Origin: a virus
Taxonomy: Duplodnaviria; Heunggongvirae; Uroviricota; Caudoviricetes
Strand: one strand, 5' to 3'
IMG/VR virus record: IMGVR_UViG_2630968414_000015
Length of the DNA: 40,846 bases
Within the stretch, counting starts at the first letter, position 1. Every line of letters begins with the position of its first letter. The notes under the pieces were generated by a model. That model saw nothing but the letters and a program-made list of their open reading frames with translations. It did no database searches and was not told the DNA's origin. The translations under genes were made by a program, and so were the position numbers. Shown here one piece after another: positions 17,420 through 26,333 of this stretch.

Positions 17420-18922
17420 TCACAAAATGAAACGGATCTGTGCTGCCAGGAAGCGGAACTGGTTAACCAGATCCGGCGTGCATAACACGTCAAGACGGTT
17501 TCGATCTGACGCATTACGCTCCACAAGCAGATTCTTTTTAAAGGTGTCCAGATTTTCGACCAGCCCGAGTTCCACCCACTCTTCACCCAGCGAAATTAAC
17601 TGAAGCTTCATGATCTCCGGCGTCACGATATTCTGACCGGCACGAACGGGCGTCCCGTCATCAGCCAGTTTATGGCGCGGAAAACGTTGTGTGATAAAAG
17701 TACGCAGGGAATAACGCAGCCAGGAGAGGGTGTAGATGGTTTCCACATCCAGATAGCTGGGATCACTTTCGCCGTACACGTTCTGGCGATACATGGTCAC
17801 CTGACGTTCGATCTGAACCACATCACCGGCAGCCACACTGACCGTGGCAATCCCTCCCCACAGCAGACTGTTACGCTCTTCACGCGTCAGACGATCGGCC
17901 GGAGCCGGGGCCATGCGTGACGGAAGCGCCAGCGTCTGAAGCGGACGCGCAGGATCTGCTCCCAGAGAGGGTGCACAGGTGGCACAGACCGCCGCTGCCC
18001 AGAGGTAATCCGGTTCAGGGGCTTTGGGAATGGATGTGCAGGTCGCCAGAAAATCATTGCGTTTTGCCCCGAATGCCTGCACCTCACCAAACGTGCCGGT
18101 ATGTGCCAGCCACAGCACGCCGTCAGACATTTTGGCCGGTCCCCAGCGTTTCAGAAGCTCATCACTGATGATTTTCAGGTTTGCATCATCCTTATAGGGC
18201 ATGACGACATAGTTGTACTGGCGATCGCCCATACCCGCCACGCTTCGGGTGATATCCGGGTTAGCCGCTTTTTGTTTCGGATAGGCTATAGCGACCTGTA
18301 TTCCTTCCGGGGTTGCTTCCCCGTCGTGATAGTTCAGGCGCACATCATGAACGGAGCATTCACCGGTAAAGCGGGCGGTGATCCCCAGAGACCCTTTCAG
18401 ACCTGCGCCATTATCACCACTTCCTGCACCAGAGGAGGCCGTGAAGGGCGCGTCAGGATCGGCATTGATCAGCGCGGCCAGCTCGTCGGTCAGTTCTTTG
18501 CCTTTCTTACCTTTTGGTGCCGGGAGTGTATAACGCCGCCCCCCCACGCAGGCATAAACAATCCCGTCACGGGTGACCGTTCCGGTCAGATTCATGGCCG
18601 CAGCCGTTGCCTGTCCGGTGCCGTTCCCCTGAGCAATGGCATACAGTTCAGCATCAGGATTGATGGCGATAAATTCCGCCACCATCAGGGCAATCATGGA
18701 GCCGCGCCCCCAGAGTTCTGTTGCCTGAGACGCACGGGTGATCCTGACCGGAACATCCAGAACACCGGCACCGTCCACGGCATTCTCTTTCATTCTCGCC
18801 TGACCAAACAGCAGCACACACTGACGCTGTGCCGGAGTGCCGGTGACAGCCATGGAGTTATTAAACTCAACCTCAATCAGCGGTATACGGCGGTCATTAC
18901 CGATCCCGTCAAAATTAATCAT
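17420..18922 (-). CDS. Contractile tail sheath protein (Mu L-like)
   Basis: 500-aa ORF; size and position match myovirus sheath proteins. Confidence 0.8.
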   Translation of the reverse strand: MINFDGIGNDRRIPLIEVEFNNSMAVTGTPAQRQCVLLFGQARMKENAVDGAGVLDVPVRITRASQATELWGRGSMIALMVAEFIAINPDAELYAIAQGNGTGQATAAAMNLTGTVTRDGIVYACVGGRRYTLPAPKGKKGKELTDELAALINADPDAPFTASSGAGSGDNGAGLKGSLGITARFTGECSVHDVRLNYHDGEATPEGIQVAIAYPKQKAANPDITRSVAGMGDRQYNYVVMPYKDDANLKIISDELLKRWGPAKMSDGVLWLAHTGTFGEVQAFGAKRNDFLATCTSIPKAPEPDYLWAAAVCATCAPSLGADPARPLQTLALPSRMAPAPADRLTREERNSLLWGGIATVSVAAGDVVQIERQVTMYRQNVYGESDPSYLDVETIYTLSWLRYSLRTFITQRFPRHKLADDGTPVRAGQNIVTPEIMKLQLISLGEEWVELGLVENLDTFKKNLLVERNASDRNRLDVLCTPDLVNQFRFLAAQIRFIL

Positions 18923-19164
18923 TGCGGTTTCTCCTTATCGGATGCCGGTTGGGCGACCGGTTTTTCTGTCGCAGTCGTTGCATCCGCAGATACAGCCGGA
19001 GCCTCTTCAGCGGCTTTTTCAGCCTGAATGACATCGCCGTCATCAAGACGCCGACACCAGAACGGCGTAAAGGGCTTTTCCTCCCCCTCCTGTGCCAGCG
19101 GGCGCATTGTGTCGGGATCACGAATCAGGCGTCCCGGCGCGGGTTTGATAAAGATGGTTTTCAT
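18919..19164 (-). CDS. Hypothetical head-tail protein (Mu gp38 position)
   Basis: 81-aa ORF translationally coupled to the sheath gene. Confidence 0.5.
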   Translation of the reverse strand: MKTIFIKPAPGRLIRDPDTMRPLAQEGEEKPFTPFWCRRLDDGDVIQAEKAAEEAPAVSADATTATEKPVAQPASDKEKPQ

Positions 19165-19725
19165 TTACAGTTCCTCCGGCGGTTCGACCGCCGTTGTCGT
19201 GTTCCCCGGCAAATCAATATGTGCCTCAAACGGCGGCGTACCGGGCGGCTCCACAAAGGTTTCGTAATGACGCAGGAAGTCGTCCAGCGAGCTGGTATCG
19301 GTCAGCGGTGCGATCATTTCCTCGCAGGAGAAATAAAGCGCATACATCACCGCACCACTGTCCGCCTGGGTTTCGGTGTAACCGTTGACCGCCTTTTCAA
19401 AGTAAAGCGGTGAGGTTTTTTCTGTTCTGAAGCCGTTAAGCACGGCAATCAGCCGGGCCACAATCTGATACAGTCCGGGACGGCTGGCCTCACGCCCGTT
19501 GAGCATGTCGCCGATGACGTAGAACACCCAGTGACTGACCAGGCGACCACGGGTACGGCCTTCACCGGCACCCAGCCAGGCAACGTAGATCGCCGGGGCG
19601 TTAATCAGCATGCTGCGCAGTACGCCGTCGCTCCAGTCGCCGGGATGCGTGTCAACAGACACAAGTTCATTCCCGAAATACTCACGGATACGGGCGATGT
19701 ATGCCTGTTCGGTTTCCGTAATCAT
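19165..19725 (-). CDS. Head-tail joining protein (Mu gp37-like)
   Basis: 186-aa ORF; position and size. Confidence 0.5.
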   Translation of the reverse strand: MITETEQAYIARIREYFGNELVSVDTHPGDWSDGVLRSMLINAPAIYVAWLGAGEGRTRGRLVSHWVFYVIGDMLNGREASRPGLYQIVARLIAVLNGFRTEKTSPLYFEKAVNGYTETQADSGAVMYALYFSCEEMIAPLTDTSSLDDFLRHYETFVEPPGTPPFEAHIDLPGNTTTAVEPPEEL

Positions 19726-20141
19726 ATGAAGCCCTTCTGGTTGCGCCCGAATACCGCTGCATCAGACTGAACCAGTGGTAAATCCCCGGATTCAGGGGCC
19801 GCACCGTTCGTATCCACACCGACCGGCACATTGCCGTTCATGACATCTTTCAGCCAGGCCAGCGCTTCACGGTAACGGTCACGCGCCTGATCGGAGGCTC
19901 GCTGATCGCACAGGTAATAAAAGGCAATCGCGCAACAGTGCTGAACAAGAACGGCCGGAATAACCTCCAGCGGCAACGTGTAACGGGCGGACAGATAGCT
20001 GTCGATAAGGGCTGACGCATCTGTCAGCGCCCGGTTCAGCTTGCGCGTGTCCGGCTCATCCGAACGGGGCACAGCCAGTAACGGCCTGAGCAAATCCTCG
20101 CGGTAACGCGCCCGCATATCGGTTTCAGTGGCGTAATTCAT
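19722..20141 (-). CDS. Head-tail joining protein (Mu gp36-like)
   Basis: 139-aa ORF; position and size. Confidence 0.5.
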   Translation of the reverse strand: MNYATETDMRARYREDLLRPLLAVPRSDEPDTRKLNRALTDASALIDSYLSARYTLPLEVIPAVLVQHCCAIAFYYLCDQRASDQARDRYREALAWLKDVMNGNVPVGVDTNGAAPESGDLPLVQSDAAVFGRNQKGFI

Positions 20142-20542
20142 GCACGGGCCTGTTCCGCTTTGTTACCGGTCTTTTTCCGGGGAGCATCCTGTCCGGCTTC
20201 GGCTTCGGCTTCGGCTTCGGCTTCGGCTTCGGCTTCGGCTTCGGCTTCGGCTTCGGCTTCGGCTAAATCTGTACCGGCCACTGCATGAACCACACCCGCC
20301 ACGCTCCCCGCATCATCAGCAGACGTCTGTAGTATTCGCACAGTGAGGCATGGCTCCTCCTCCAGTCGGGCAAGCTGCTCCGGGGTGACCTCAACCTGCT
20401 GACGTCCACGCGTGAACAGGAACCCCGCACGACGAAACGCCGAACGACTGCAACGCACTTCTGCCAGCACCGTGACAGAATTGTCACCACTGACCTGAAG
20501 ACCTGAATCATCTGTTGCTGCCACAGTGTGATGTTCATTCAT
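20138..20542 (-). CDS. Hypothetical protein with (Glu-Ala)11 repeat and basic C-terminal tail
   Basis: 134-aa ORF downstream of the major head gene; C-terminal ...TDLA(EA)11GQDAPRKKTGNKAEQARA. Confidence 0.6.
   Translation of the reverse strand: MNEHHTVAATDDSGLQVSGDNSVTVLAEVRCSRSAFRRAGFLFTRGRQQVEVTPEQLARLEEEPCLTVRILQTSADDAGSVAGVVHAVAGTDLAEAEAEAEAEAEAEAEAEAEAEAGQDAPRKKTGNKAEQARA
20195..20260. repeat. Perfect hexanucleotide tandem repeat (GGCTTC)x11
   Basis: Eleven uninterrupted 6-bp units; in frame on the minus strand as GAA-GCC (Glu-Ala). Confidence 0.95.
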
Positions 20543-20585
20543 ATTTGCCCTCCGCAGGGGCCGGGCCGTAAGCCCGGCTCACCGT

Positions 20586-21533
20586 TTACAGATAATCCGC
20601 GACAACCAGCTCCAGCTTACCCTTCATCTCGTTAGAGACGGTTGCGTTTCCGTCTGCGAACAGTTCACGCTCCAGCAGCTGCACCGCCTGTTTTTCCAGC
20701 GAGGTGGGGACAACAATATGGGTGGGTTTAATGCCGAGTTTGCGGCCACCGTCAGCGGTAAATTCGCGCATGGCTGACCAGCCGTGCCACAGTGCATCCA
20801 GCGTCAGCGGTGACTGCATCATGTAGGCCATCTGCCAGAAGCCGTAGCCCACATTGCGACGGGCGGATGCACCAAACACAAATTCGTTATCGGTGAATGC
20901 GCGACCTTCATCGACTTTGGTCTGGGCAACCAGTTCAGCCTTACGGCGATCCTGATAAATCAGCGGTTTTACCGCGCGGGAGCAGTCAAGCAGATACCAG
21001 GCCGGACCGCTGTAATCAGCCTGTGCGCCGACAGAGCCGGTTTTTGCCACAAACATATTGCTGACCATCTGCGCATCCCCGGAGCCATCCACTTTGGGGT
21101 AAACCGGATGTTCGGTATCAAAGAAGTTCTGACCGTCATAGCAGGCCGCACTGATCCCGTCACGCAGGGCAGCAAAGACCAGCTCATCCGGTTGTACCGC
21201 CGCAGCGCGCCCCATCTCCTGGAACAACGGGGAATAAATACCGAGGTTGTCGTCTTCGAAGTCATCGCGGCTAATGGCGACAGTGCCTTCAAAAGTTTTG
21301 TTCACGATGGCATAGCCATAGGCTTTCATCTTCTCGATGACGCGGGAGCCGATCCACTCACGGAACTGCGGGAACTGCCCCAGCCAGCCGTAGGTGTTGG
21401 ATTTCGATGTGGAGGGCACGGTCATCGCAATTTTTTTATACTGCGACGGGGCCATGGACATCCCGGCCTGAAAATCAGAACGGTAGCCCGTCATCAGGGC
21501 TGTGATCATCGCCGGTGTAATCGGGGTAGGCAT
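20586..21533 (-). CDS. Major head subunit (Mu T-like)
   Basis: 315-aa ORF following the protease/scaffold gene, as in Mu. Confidence 0.8.
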   Translation of the reverse strand: MPTPITPAMITALMTGYRSDFQAGMSMAPSQYKKIAMTVPSTSKSNTYGWLGQFPQFREWIGSRVIEKMKAYGYAIVNKTFEGTVAISRDDFEDDNLGIYSPLFQEMGRAAAVQPDELVFAALRDGISAACYDGQNFFDTEHPVYPKVDGSGDAQMVSNMFVAKTGSVGAQADYSGPAWYLLDCSRAVKPLIYQDRRKAELVAQTKVDEGRAFTDNEFVFGASARRNVGYGFWQMAYMMQSPLTLDALWHGWSAMREFTADGGRKLGIKPTHIVVPTSLEKQAVQLLERELFADGNATVSNEMKGKLELVVADYL

Positions 21534-22657
21534 TATTGCATTTCCTCTTTCATTTTCAGGAACTCGGCTTCGGTTTTACCCAGCAGTTTGGCGGCCGCGA
21601 TATCTTCAGCCGACAGCGCAGCGGTGGCAGTCTTTTTATCCGGCACGGTCACGGTGTCGGTCTGAAGAGAGGTCAGGGCCGCAACCGGCTGGCGGGCGTC
21701 AAGCTGTGCAGAAAGTGCCGCAACGCCAATCTGCCCGCCCAGTTGTTCCAGATAGCCGCGTTCGCTTTTGAAGATGCGCCCTTCGGATTCAGCCTTGTCC
21801 AGCACCTGCTCCAGCGTGGTGCTGCCGTGCTGCGCCGACAGCGCAACGTATTCGGTACGCAGGGCGTTATACGTTTCAACGGGCACGTATTTCGTCAGAT
21901 CAATAATGCCGCCAGCCGGTGTGCCTTTTGCGGTTTCCAGCTCTGCCGACAGACTGGCGACCTGTGTTTTCAGGTTGTCGTGTGCATCCGCACGGGTTTT
22001 GATCCCGGTGAGGGCAGACAGCGCCGCCGTGCCCAGCTCCGGCGTAAATTCGTCACCGTCAGCCACGGTCAGACCGAGCGCCGTCAGCAACTGGCGTAAT
22101 TGCTCATTCATGGAGGTATCCTTTAAAGGAGGGTTTAAGGCGTTATAAAGGTCATCCGCCGACAGTGCGGCGACAGGATTCATGCCGGTCAGACCGGGGT
22201 CACCGGTAATAGCCAGCATCCGAAGTTCGACAGGTTCGCCGGTGCTCTCGTCATAGCCAATCACCGGTGAAAACCAGGGGAATTCGTTATTACGCAGATG
22301 TTCAAGGGCCGGAGGGTTCCACTTCGGGCGCACCTCGAAACCTCGCTCTTCACTGAAGCGAAAATTCTCCGGTGAGGCCATCACAAAACCGGCAGCCGGT
22401 GCCGGATGTCCCTCAATCAGGGTCTGGTGGTTGTAGTCAATTTTCACCGGCTGATTGAGCGCCACAACACGGGAGACCATGCGCTCAACGGCTGCATGGT
22501 TGATCAGCCAGCCTTCCGCCGGTTTTTCCGGGCGACCGTCACGGGCCTTTACCCGACCGGCTGGCATGATCTGACACCAGTCACCGTCCCCGTCTGCGGA
22601 CAGGCTGATGGCATTCAGAATGGCATAAGCAAGTTTGGGCGTGTTTTTCGTCTTCAT
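21533..22657 (-). CDS. Head maturation protease / scaffold (Mu I-like)
   Basis: 374-aa ORF with an Ala-rich coiled-coil C-terminal half typical of scaffold; position between the G-like and T-like genes. Confidence 0.7.
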   Translation of the reverse strand: MKTKNTPKLAYAILNAISLSADGDGDWCQIMPAGRVKARDGRPEKPAEGWLINHAAVERMVSRVVALNQPVKIDYNHQTLIEGHPAPAAGFVMASPENFRFSEERGFEVRPKWNPPALEHLRNNEFPWFSPVIGYDESTGEPVELRMLAITGDPGLTGMNPVAALSADDLYNALNPPLKDTSMNEQLRQLLTALGLTVADGDEFTPELGTAALSALTGIKTRADAHDNLKTQVASLSAELETAKGTPAGGIIDLTKYVPVETYNALRTEYVALSAQHGSTTLEQVLDKAESEGRIFKSERGYLEQLGGQIGVAALSAQLDARQPVAALTSLQTDTVTVPDKKTATAALSAEDIAAAKLLGKTEAEFLKMKEEMQ

Positions 22658-22833
22658 TCCGGCAGCATAGGCCGGGAATTTTCAGGGCGGGTTTTGCGGG
22701 ATTTCAGGAAGTGCTTCCAGGGGAAAAATACAAAGGCGCTTCACGCAGATTTTAAAGCCCGTTAAATACAGGTTAGAAAATCACGACACGCGCCTGAAGG
22801 GGGTAAGGTAATGCATTTGCATACCTTAAACAA

Positions 22834-23307
22834 TTAAGGCGTTTCTGTGGCCTTTTTAAAGCGTTTTCTGATTTCGTCCATGATCTCCTGCTCTGCCACC
22901 TGATCAAAACCCATATACGGACGTGCACCAATGGCCGCCGGTCCAGGCGGCATACCTGGCAGGCCACCCCACTGATGAATGGCCGCATAAGGCTCATTTG
23001 ATCCAATCAGCGCCCAGGTATCGCCATAATCCGTGGTCAGGCGTCGGGCCAGATCGCCGTTCAGCGTCAGGATTTTGCCGGGCATGTTTCCCTTACGGGT
23101 ACGCCACTTGCGGTAAGGATCTGACCAGTCATGCCAGCGTTCGCCGTCCGGCTCTTTTTCCTGTTCAAACGCCATTTCTGACGATGACAGAAGGCTGGAC
23201 GCCACACTGCGGGCCAGGTCTTTTCCACCACCCACAAACTGAAGCCGGGCAAAGACCCGCTGGAGACGCGCAACGTCCACCACCACGGCTGCATCGATGG
23301 ATGACAT
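22834..23307 (-). CDS. Virion morphogenesis protein (Mu G-like)
   Basis: 157-aa ORF between the F-like and I-like genes. Confidence 0.65.
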   Translation of the reverse strand: MSSIDAAVVVDVARLQRVFARLQFVGGGKDLARSVASSLLSSSEMAFEQEKEPDGERWHDWSDPYRKWRTRKGNMPGKILTLNGDLARRLTTDYGDTWALIGSNEPYAAIHQWGGLPGMPPGPAAIGARPYMGFDQVAEQEIMDEIRKRFKKATETP

Positions 23308-23425
23308 GTTGCCTCCTTAAAACTATCTGATTAAAATAAATACAGGCCGGTGTACTCTTAACTGGTAAAGCGGCATAAACCCTCAGGGGTCATATGTTTA
23401 TGCGGGTTCGACCCCCGTCACCGGC

Positions 23426-24751
23426 TTACAATTTACCTTCCAGTAGTTCCAGCTTTCCGCCCTCTATTGCTTTTTCAATATCAAATTTATTTACCCGGTA
23501 AGCATTAATTACCACATCCAGCTTATCCGGCTGGCGCTTCACACCATAAGGCGCATTGACGGCAATCTTTGCCGTTCCGTCACGGGTTTCAGTGATGTAA
23601 AGCAGGTTCTGATGGACATGATCCCACAGCACGGCATCGGGGGCAGCCAGCATGGCGGGAAGCTGCGCGAAATCCTCCGGCGTCAGGGCGATACCGTCAT
23701 TCTGATGTTTCACACTGTCCGCATGGAGCACATTTTTACCGCTCATCGCCAGCAGGCGGGCCGGTGGCGTTCCTGTCCGGCTTTCCACTGCCTGCGCAAT
23801 ACTTTCGGTCATAAAGCCCAGCGTGCGGATATCGTGACCACCGCGCCGGGTTTTCATGATATTTTTTGCCCAGATGCGGAACGCCAGCTGCCGCTCCGGG
23901 CTGTTGTTCATCTCCTGAACCACCATTTCCCGTAACGCCGGGCTTTTCACCTCGATCAGTTTACGGATCAGCGCCTGGTCTGTGCCGAACGCCGCCGAAC
24001 CGGGGTTATATGACCAGCCCACATCCGGTGTCATGGTTCTGGTGCCATCTGAATATGTGGTCACCGGCATTTCTCTGACTTCTCCGGTCTGTTTATCCAC
24101 GCCAGCCTCAACATTGCGGGTGGAGAGATGATCCTCACCGGATGAAACGGATAACCCCATTGCATCCAGACGGGCCTGAGACAATGGCCGCACACGGCAG
24201 CGGCAGTTCCAGCCATTGGGTGGGTAGTGTGTTTTCCAGAACGGATCATCATAGCGGAATACCAGACCGTTAAGGGTGGAATGCGACGGGCGGGTACGGC
24301 TGTCCATGACCGCCACATACTGCCAGAACGGATGCGTGTCCGTGTTGTTCATCATCTGCGTGTAACGCCCGGCATTGTAAGCCACGCGGGTGTTCACGTT
24401 GTAAATCAGCGCCAGACGGCGGGGACTGCCCAGCTGTACTTCTTCTGCGTTACCGGCGCTGTCCACCACAATCTGCTTCCCCCACCATCCCAGCTTTTGC
24501 AGGCGGGGTGTCAGTGTGCGGATAAATGCTTTCTGTGAAATCCCCTCATCAATGGCCCGTTGCACTTCCGCCTGTAGTGTGGTCAGTACGTCCAGGCGTG
24601 CCGCTTTTGCCGCCGTGAACGATCGGGCATGAACATCTGCGTCTGTTTCGAACCAGTTCCAGCTGATATGCGCCCCTTTGGCGCGGAAGTATGCCACCGC
24701 CTCTTTTGAGGGAAGGGTGGCGGCATAACCTAAATCAATCCCCTGTGCCAT
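23426..24751 (-). CDS. Minor head / head morphogenesis protein (Mu F-like)
   Basis: 441-aa ORF immediately after the portal gene; contains NGWNCRCR, resembling the Mu F family. Confidence 0.75.
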   Translation of the reverse strand: MAQGIDLGYAATLPSKEAVAYFRAKGAHISWNWFETDADVHARSFTAAKAARLDVLTTLQAEVQRAIDEGISQKAFIRTLTPRLQKLGWWGKQIVVDSAGNAEEVQLGSPRRLALIYNVNTRVAYNAGRYTQMMNNTDTHPFWQYVAVMDSRTRPSHSTLNGLVFRYDDPFWKTHYPPNGWNCRCRVRPLSQARLDAMGLSVSSGEDHLSTRNVEAGVDKQTGEVREMPVTTYSDGTRTMTPDVGWSYNPGSAAFGTDQALIRKLIEVKSPALREMVVQEMNNSPERQLAFRIWAKNIMKTRRGGHDIRTLGFMTESIAQAVESRTGTPPARLLAMSGKNVLHADSVKHQNDGIALTPEDFAQLPAMLAAPDAVLWDHVHQNLLYITETRDGTAKIAVNAPYGVKRQPDKLDVVINAYRVNKFDIEKAIEGGKLELLEGKL

Positions 24752-26333
24752 CCAGCATCCCCTTCATTTCCGCAGCAAACATGGCATCACTGAGCAGCGT
24801 CATCAGGCGGGAATCATCCATTTCACGGTAAAGGGCAGGCAGGTCTGCCAGCGCATCCGCCAGCCCCCGCGTTCTGATGGCATCAATGACCGGCTCCAGC
24901 AGCGGGTCGATAGCGTCCTGTAACCGGCGGGCAGGCACCGCATCCCCCATATCGTCCAGTTCATCACGGGGGCTGCTTTTCGCTTCCGGCAGTCGGGCTG
25001 ACAGCGCCGTCTGCTCTGTCTTCTCCTGTTTTTCCGGTGGCATCTCTTTGTCTGTCTGAGCAGGTTCATTGCCACTCTGACGGACACGGAAGATGGCTTC
25101 ACCGGGGGCAGGCTGTGGAATACCGGTCTGGTCCCGTACCCAGGGATCAGGAATATCCATCCCCGTACTGAGCTGCATCACCGCACTGGTGATTTTGGTG
25201 ATATCCCCCGGCTCTTTTGTCTGGAAACAGATACGCGGCAGGCGACGGATATCTATGGCGTGGGCGGTGTTCAGGGCATACAGCGGATACACCAGATCGC
25301 GGTTCAGCGTGGCGGCCAGCTGACGTAAATCAGAATCCCTGATTTCCCGGCGCACCTCGTTATGCACCTCACCCAGTGAGCGCGCGCCTTTGTCTCCGGC
25401 TTCCGTGGTCAGCGTGCCGCCGAGGATAGCTTTGGAGATGGAACGCTCCCCCCACGAAATCATGGTTTCAAACGGATCGGCCTGACCGTTCGCGGCTACC
25501 TGAAACTCCAGCGACATCCCGGCCGGGATGATCCCGCCTGTACGTCGCCCGATATCCATCACCGCCCGCATCAGGGCGCTTTTCTGCTCCGATGTTGCCC
25601 CGGACGGGTATTTACCGACCTTCATCGGCAGGCCGTACACCTCCAGAAATTCAGCCAGATCGCGCACGGAATAGTTTTTGAAAATGAACGGCCAGATAAG
25701 CGTTCTGACAAGCCCCGTCGCACCACCGTAACCGGTGCGTGAACGTGACTGATGCACTACCCAGCCAAAGGGCTGAAACGCCACCCCGGCATGGCTGCCG
25801 TCACGCAGCCGCAGTTCGCTCAAATCATCCGGGTTAAGGCAGAAATGCCCGCTGTCACGCCAGCGGATGGCGCGGATGATGTGCATTTTACCGAGCATCC
25901 CGTGCTCAATCTCCATGCAGGAATAGCCCTTCAGGATGGCATCCGTGGCGTCAAACAGCATGGCATCAAACCAGTCGGCGGAATGCAGATATTCGTCGAG
26001 CATTTCCGCGTCCTTTTTCTCATTCGCGCTGGCGTTCGGTGGCGGCTCAATACTCCAGGGCACGCTCTGAATGGCAAGACGTCGCTTGCCCAGCTCTGCA
26101 AAAAGGTGGGTATCCTTTTCTTCAATGTCAGCCGCCAGATCGGACTGGGCAATCAGATCGCCACGTTCAGCCCCGCGAAGGCACTGCGCCGCCCGGTTCG
26201 GGGTGATACCCGAGGCCGGATGTTCAATATAACGGCTGGCAATCTGCGGAATATCCAGCACGGCACTCTGCATCTCCGGGTCAAAGGAGAAAGGTTTTCC
26301 GTCAAGATCAATTATGCGTCCCACTACCAGCAC
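24735..26333 (-). CDS. Portal protein (Mu gp29-like)
   Basis: 532-aa ORF directly after the large terminase gene. Confidence 0.8.
   Translation of the reverse strand: MLVVGRIIDLDGKPFSFDPEMQSAVLDIPQIASRYIEHPASGITPNRAAQCLRGAERGDLIAQSDLAADIEEKDTHLFAELGKRRLAIQSVPWSIEPPPNASANEKKDAEMLDEYLHSADWFDAMLFDATDAILKGYSCMEIEHGMLGKMHIIRAIRWRDSGHFCLNPDDLSELRLRDGSHAGVAFQPFGWVVHQSRSRTGYGGATGLVRTLIWPFIFKNYSVRDLAEFLEVYGLPMKVGKYPSGATSEQKSALMRAVMDIGRRTGGIIPAGMSLEFQVAANGQADPFETMISWGERSISKAILGGTLTTEAGDKGARSLGEVHNEVRREIRDSDLRQLAATLNRDLVYPLYALNTAHAIDIRRLPRICFQTKEPGDITKITSAVMQLSTGMDIPDPWVRDQTGIPQPAPGEAIFRVRQSGNEPAQTDKEMPPEKQEKTEQTALSARLPEAKSSPRDELDDMGDAVPARRLQDAIDPLLEPVIDAIRTRGLADALADLPALYREMDDSRLMTLLSDAMFAAEMKGMLDGTGD

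Noticed and set aside
20195-20260. Possible CRISPR-like repeat array
   Set aside because: Units are 6 bp with no spacers: a coding microsatellite, not CRISPR.
20140-20346. 68-aa + strand ORF encoding (Arg-Leu) repeats
   Set aside because: Mirror-frame artefact of the GGCTTC microsatellite; the minus-strand Glu-Ala frame is part of a longer coupled gene.
23346-23426. Calling this a functional tRNA gene
   Set aside because: Acceptor, D-loop and T-arm are convincing but no canonical anticodon stem-loop can be drawn; reported only as a tRNA-like relic.
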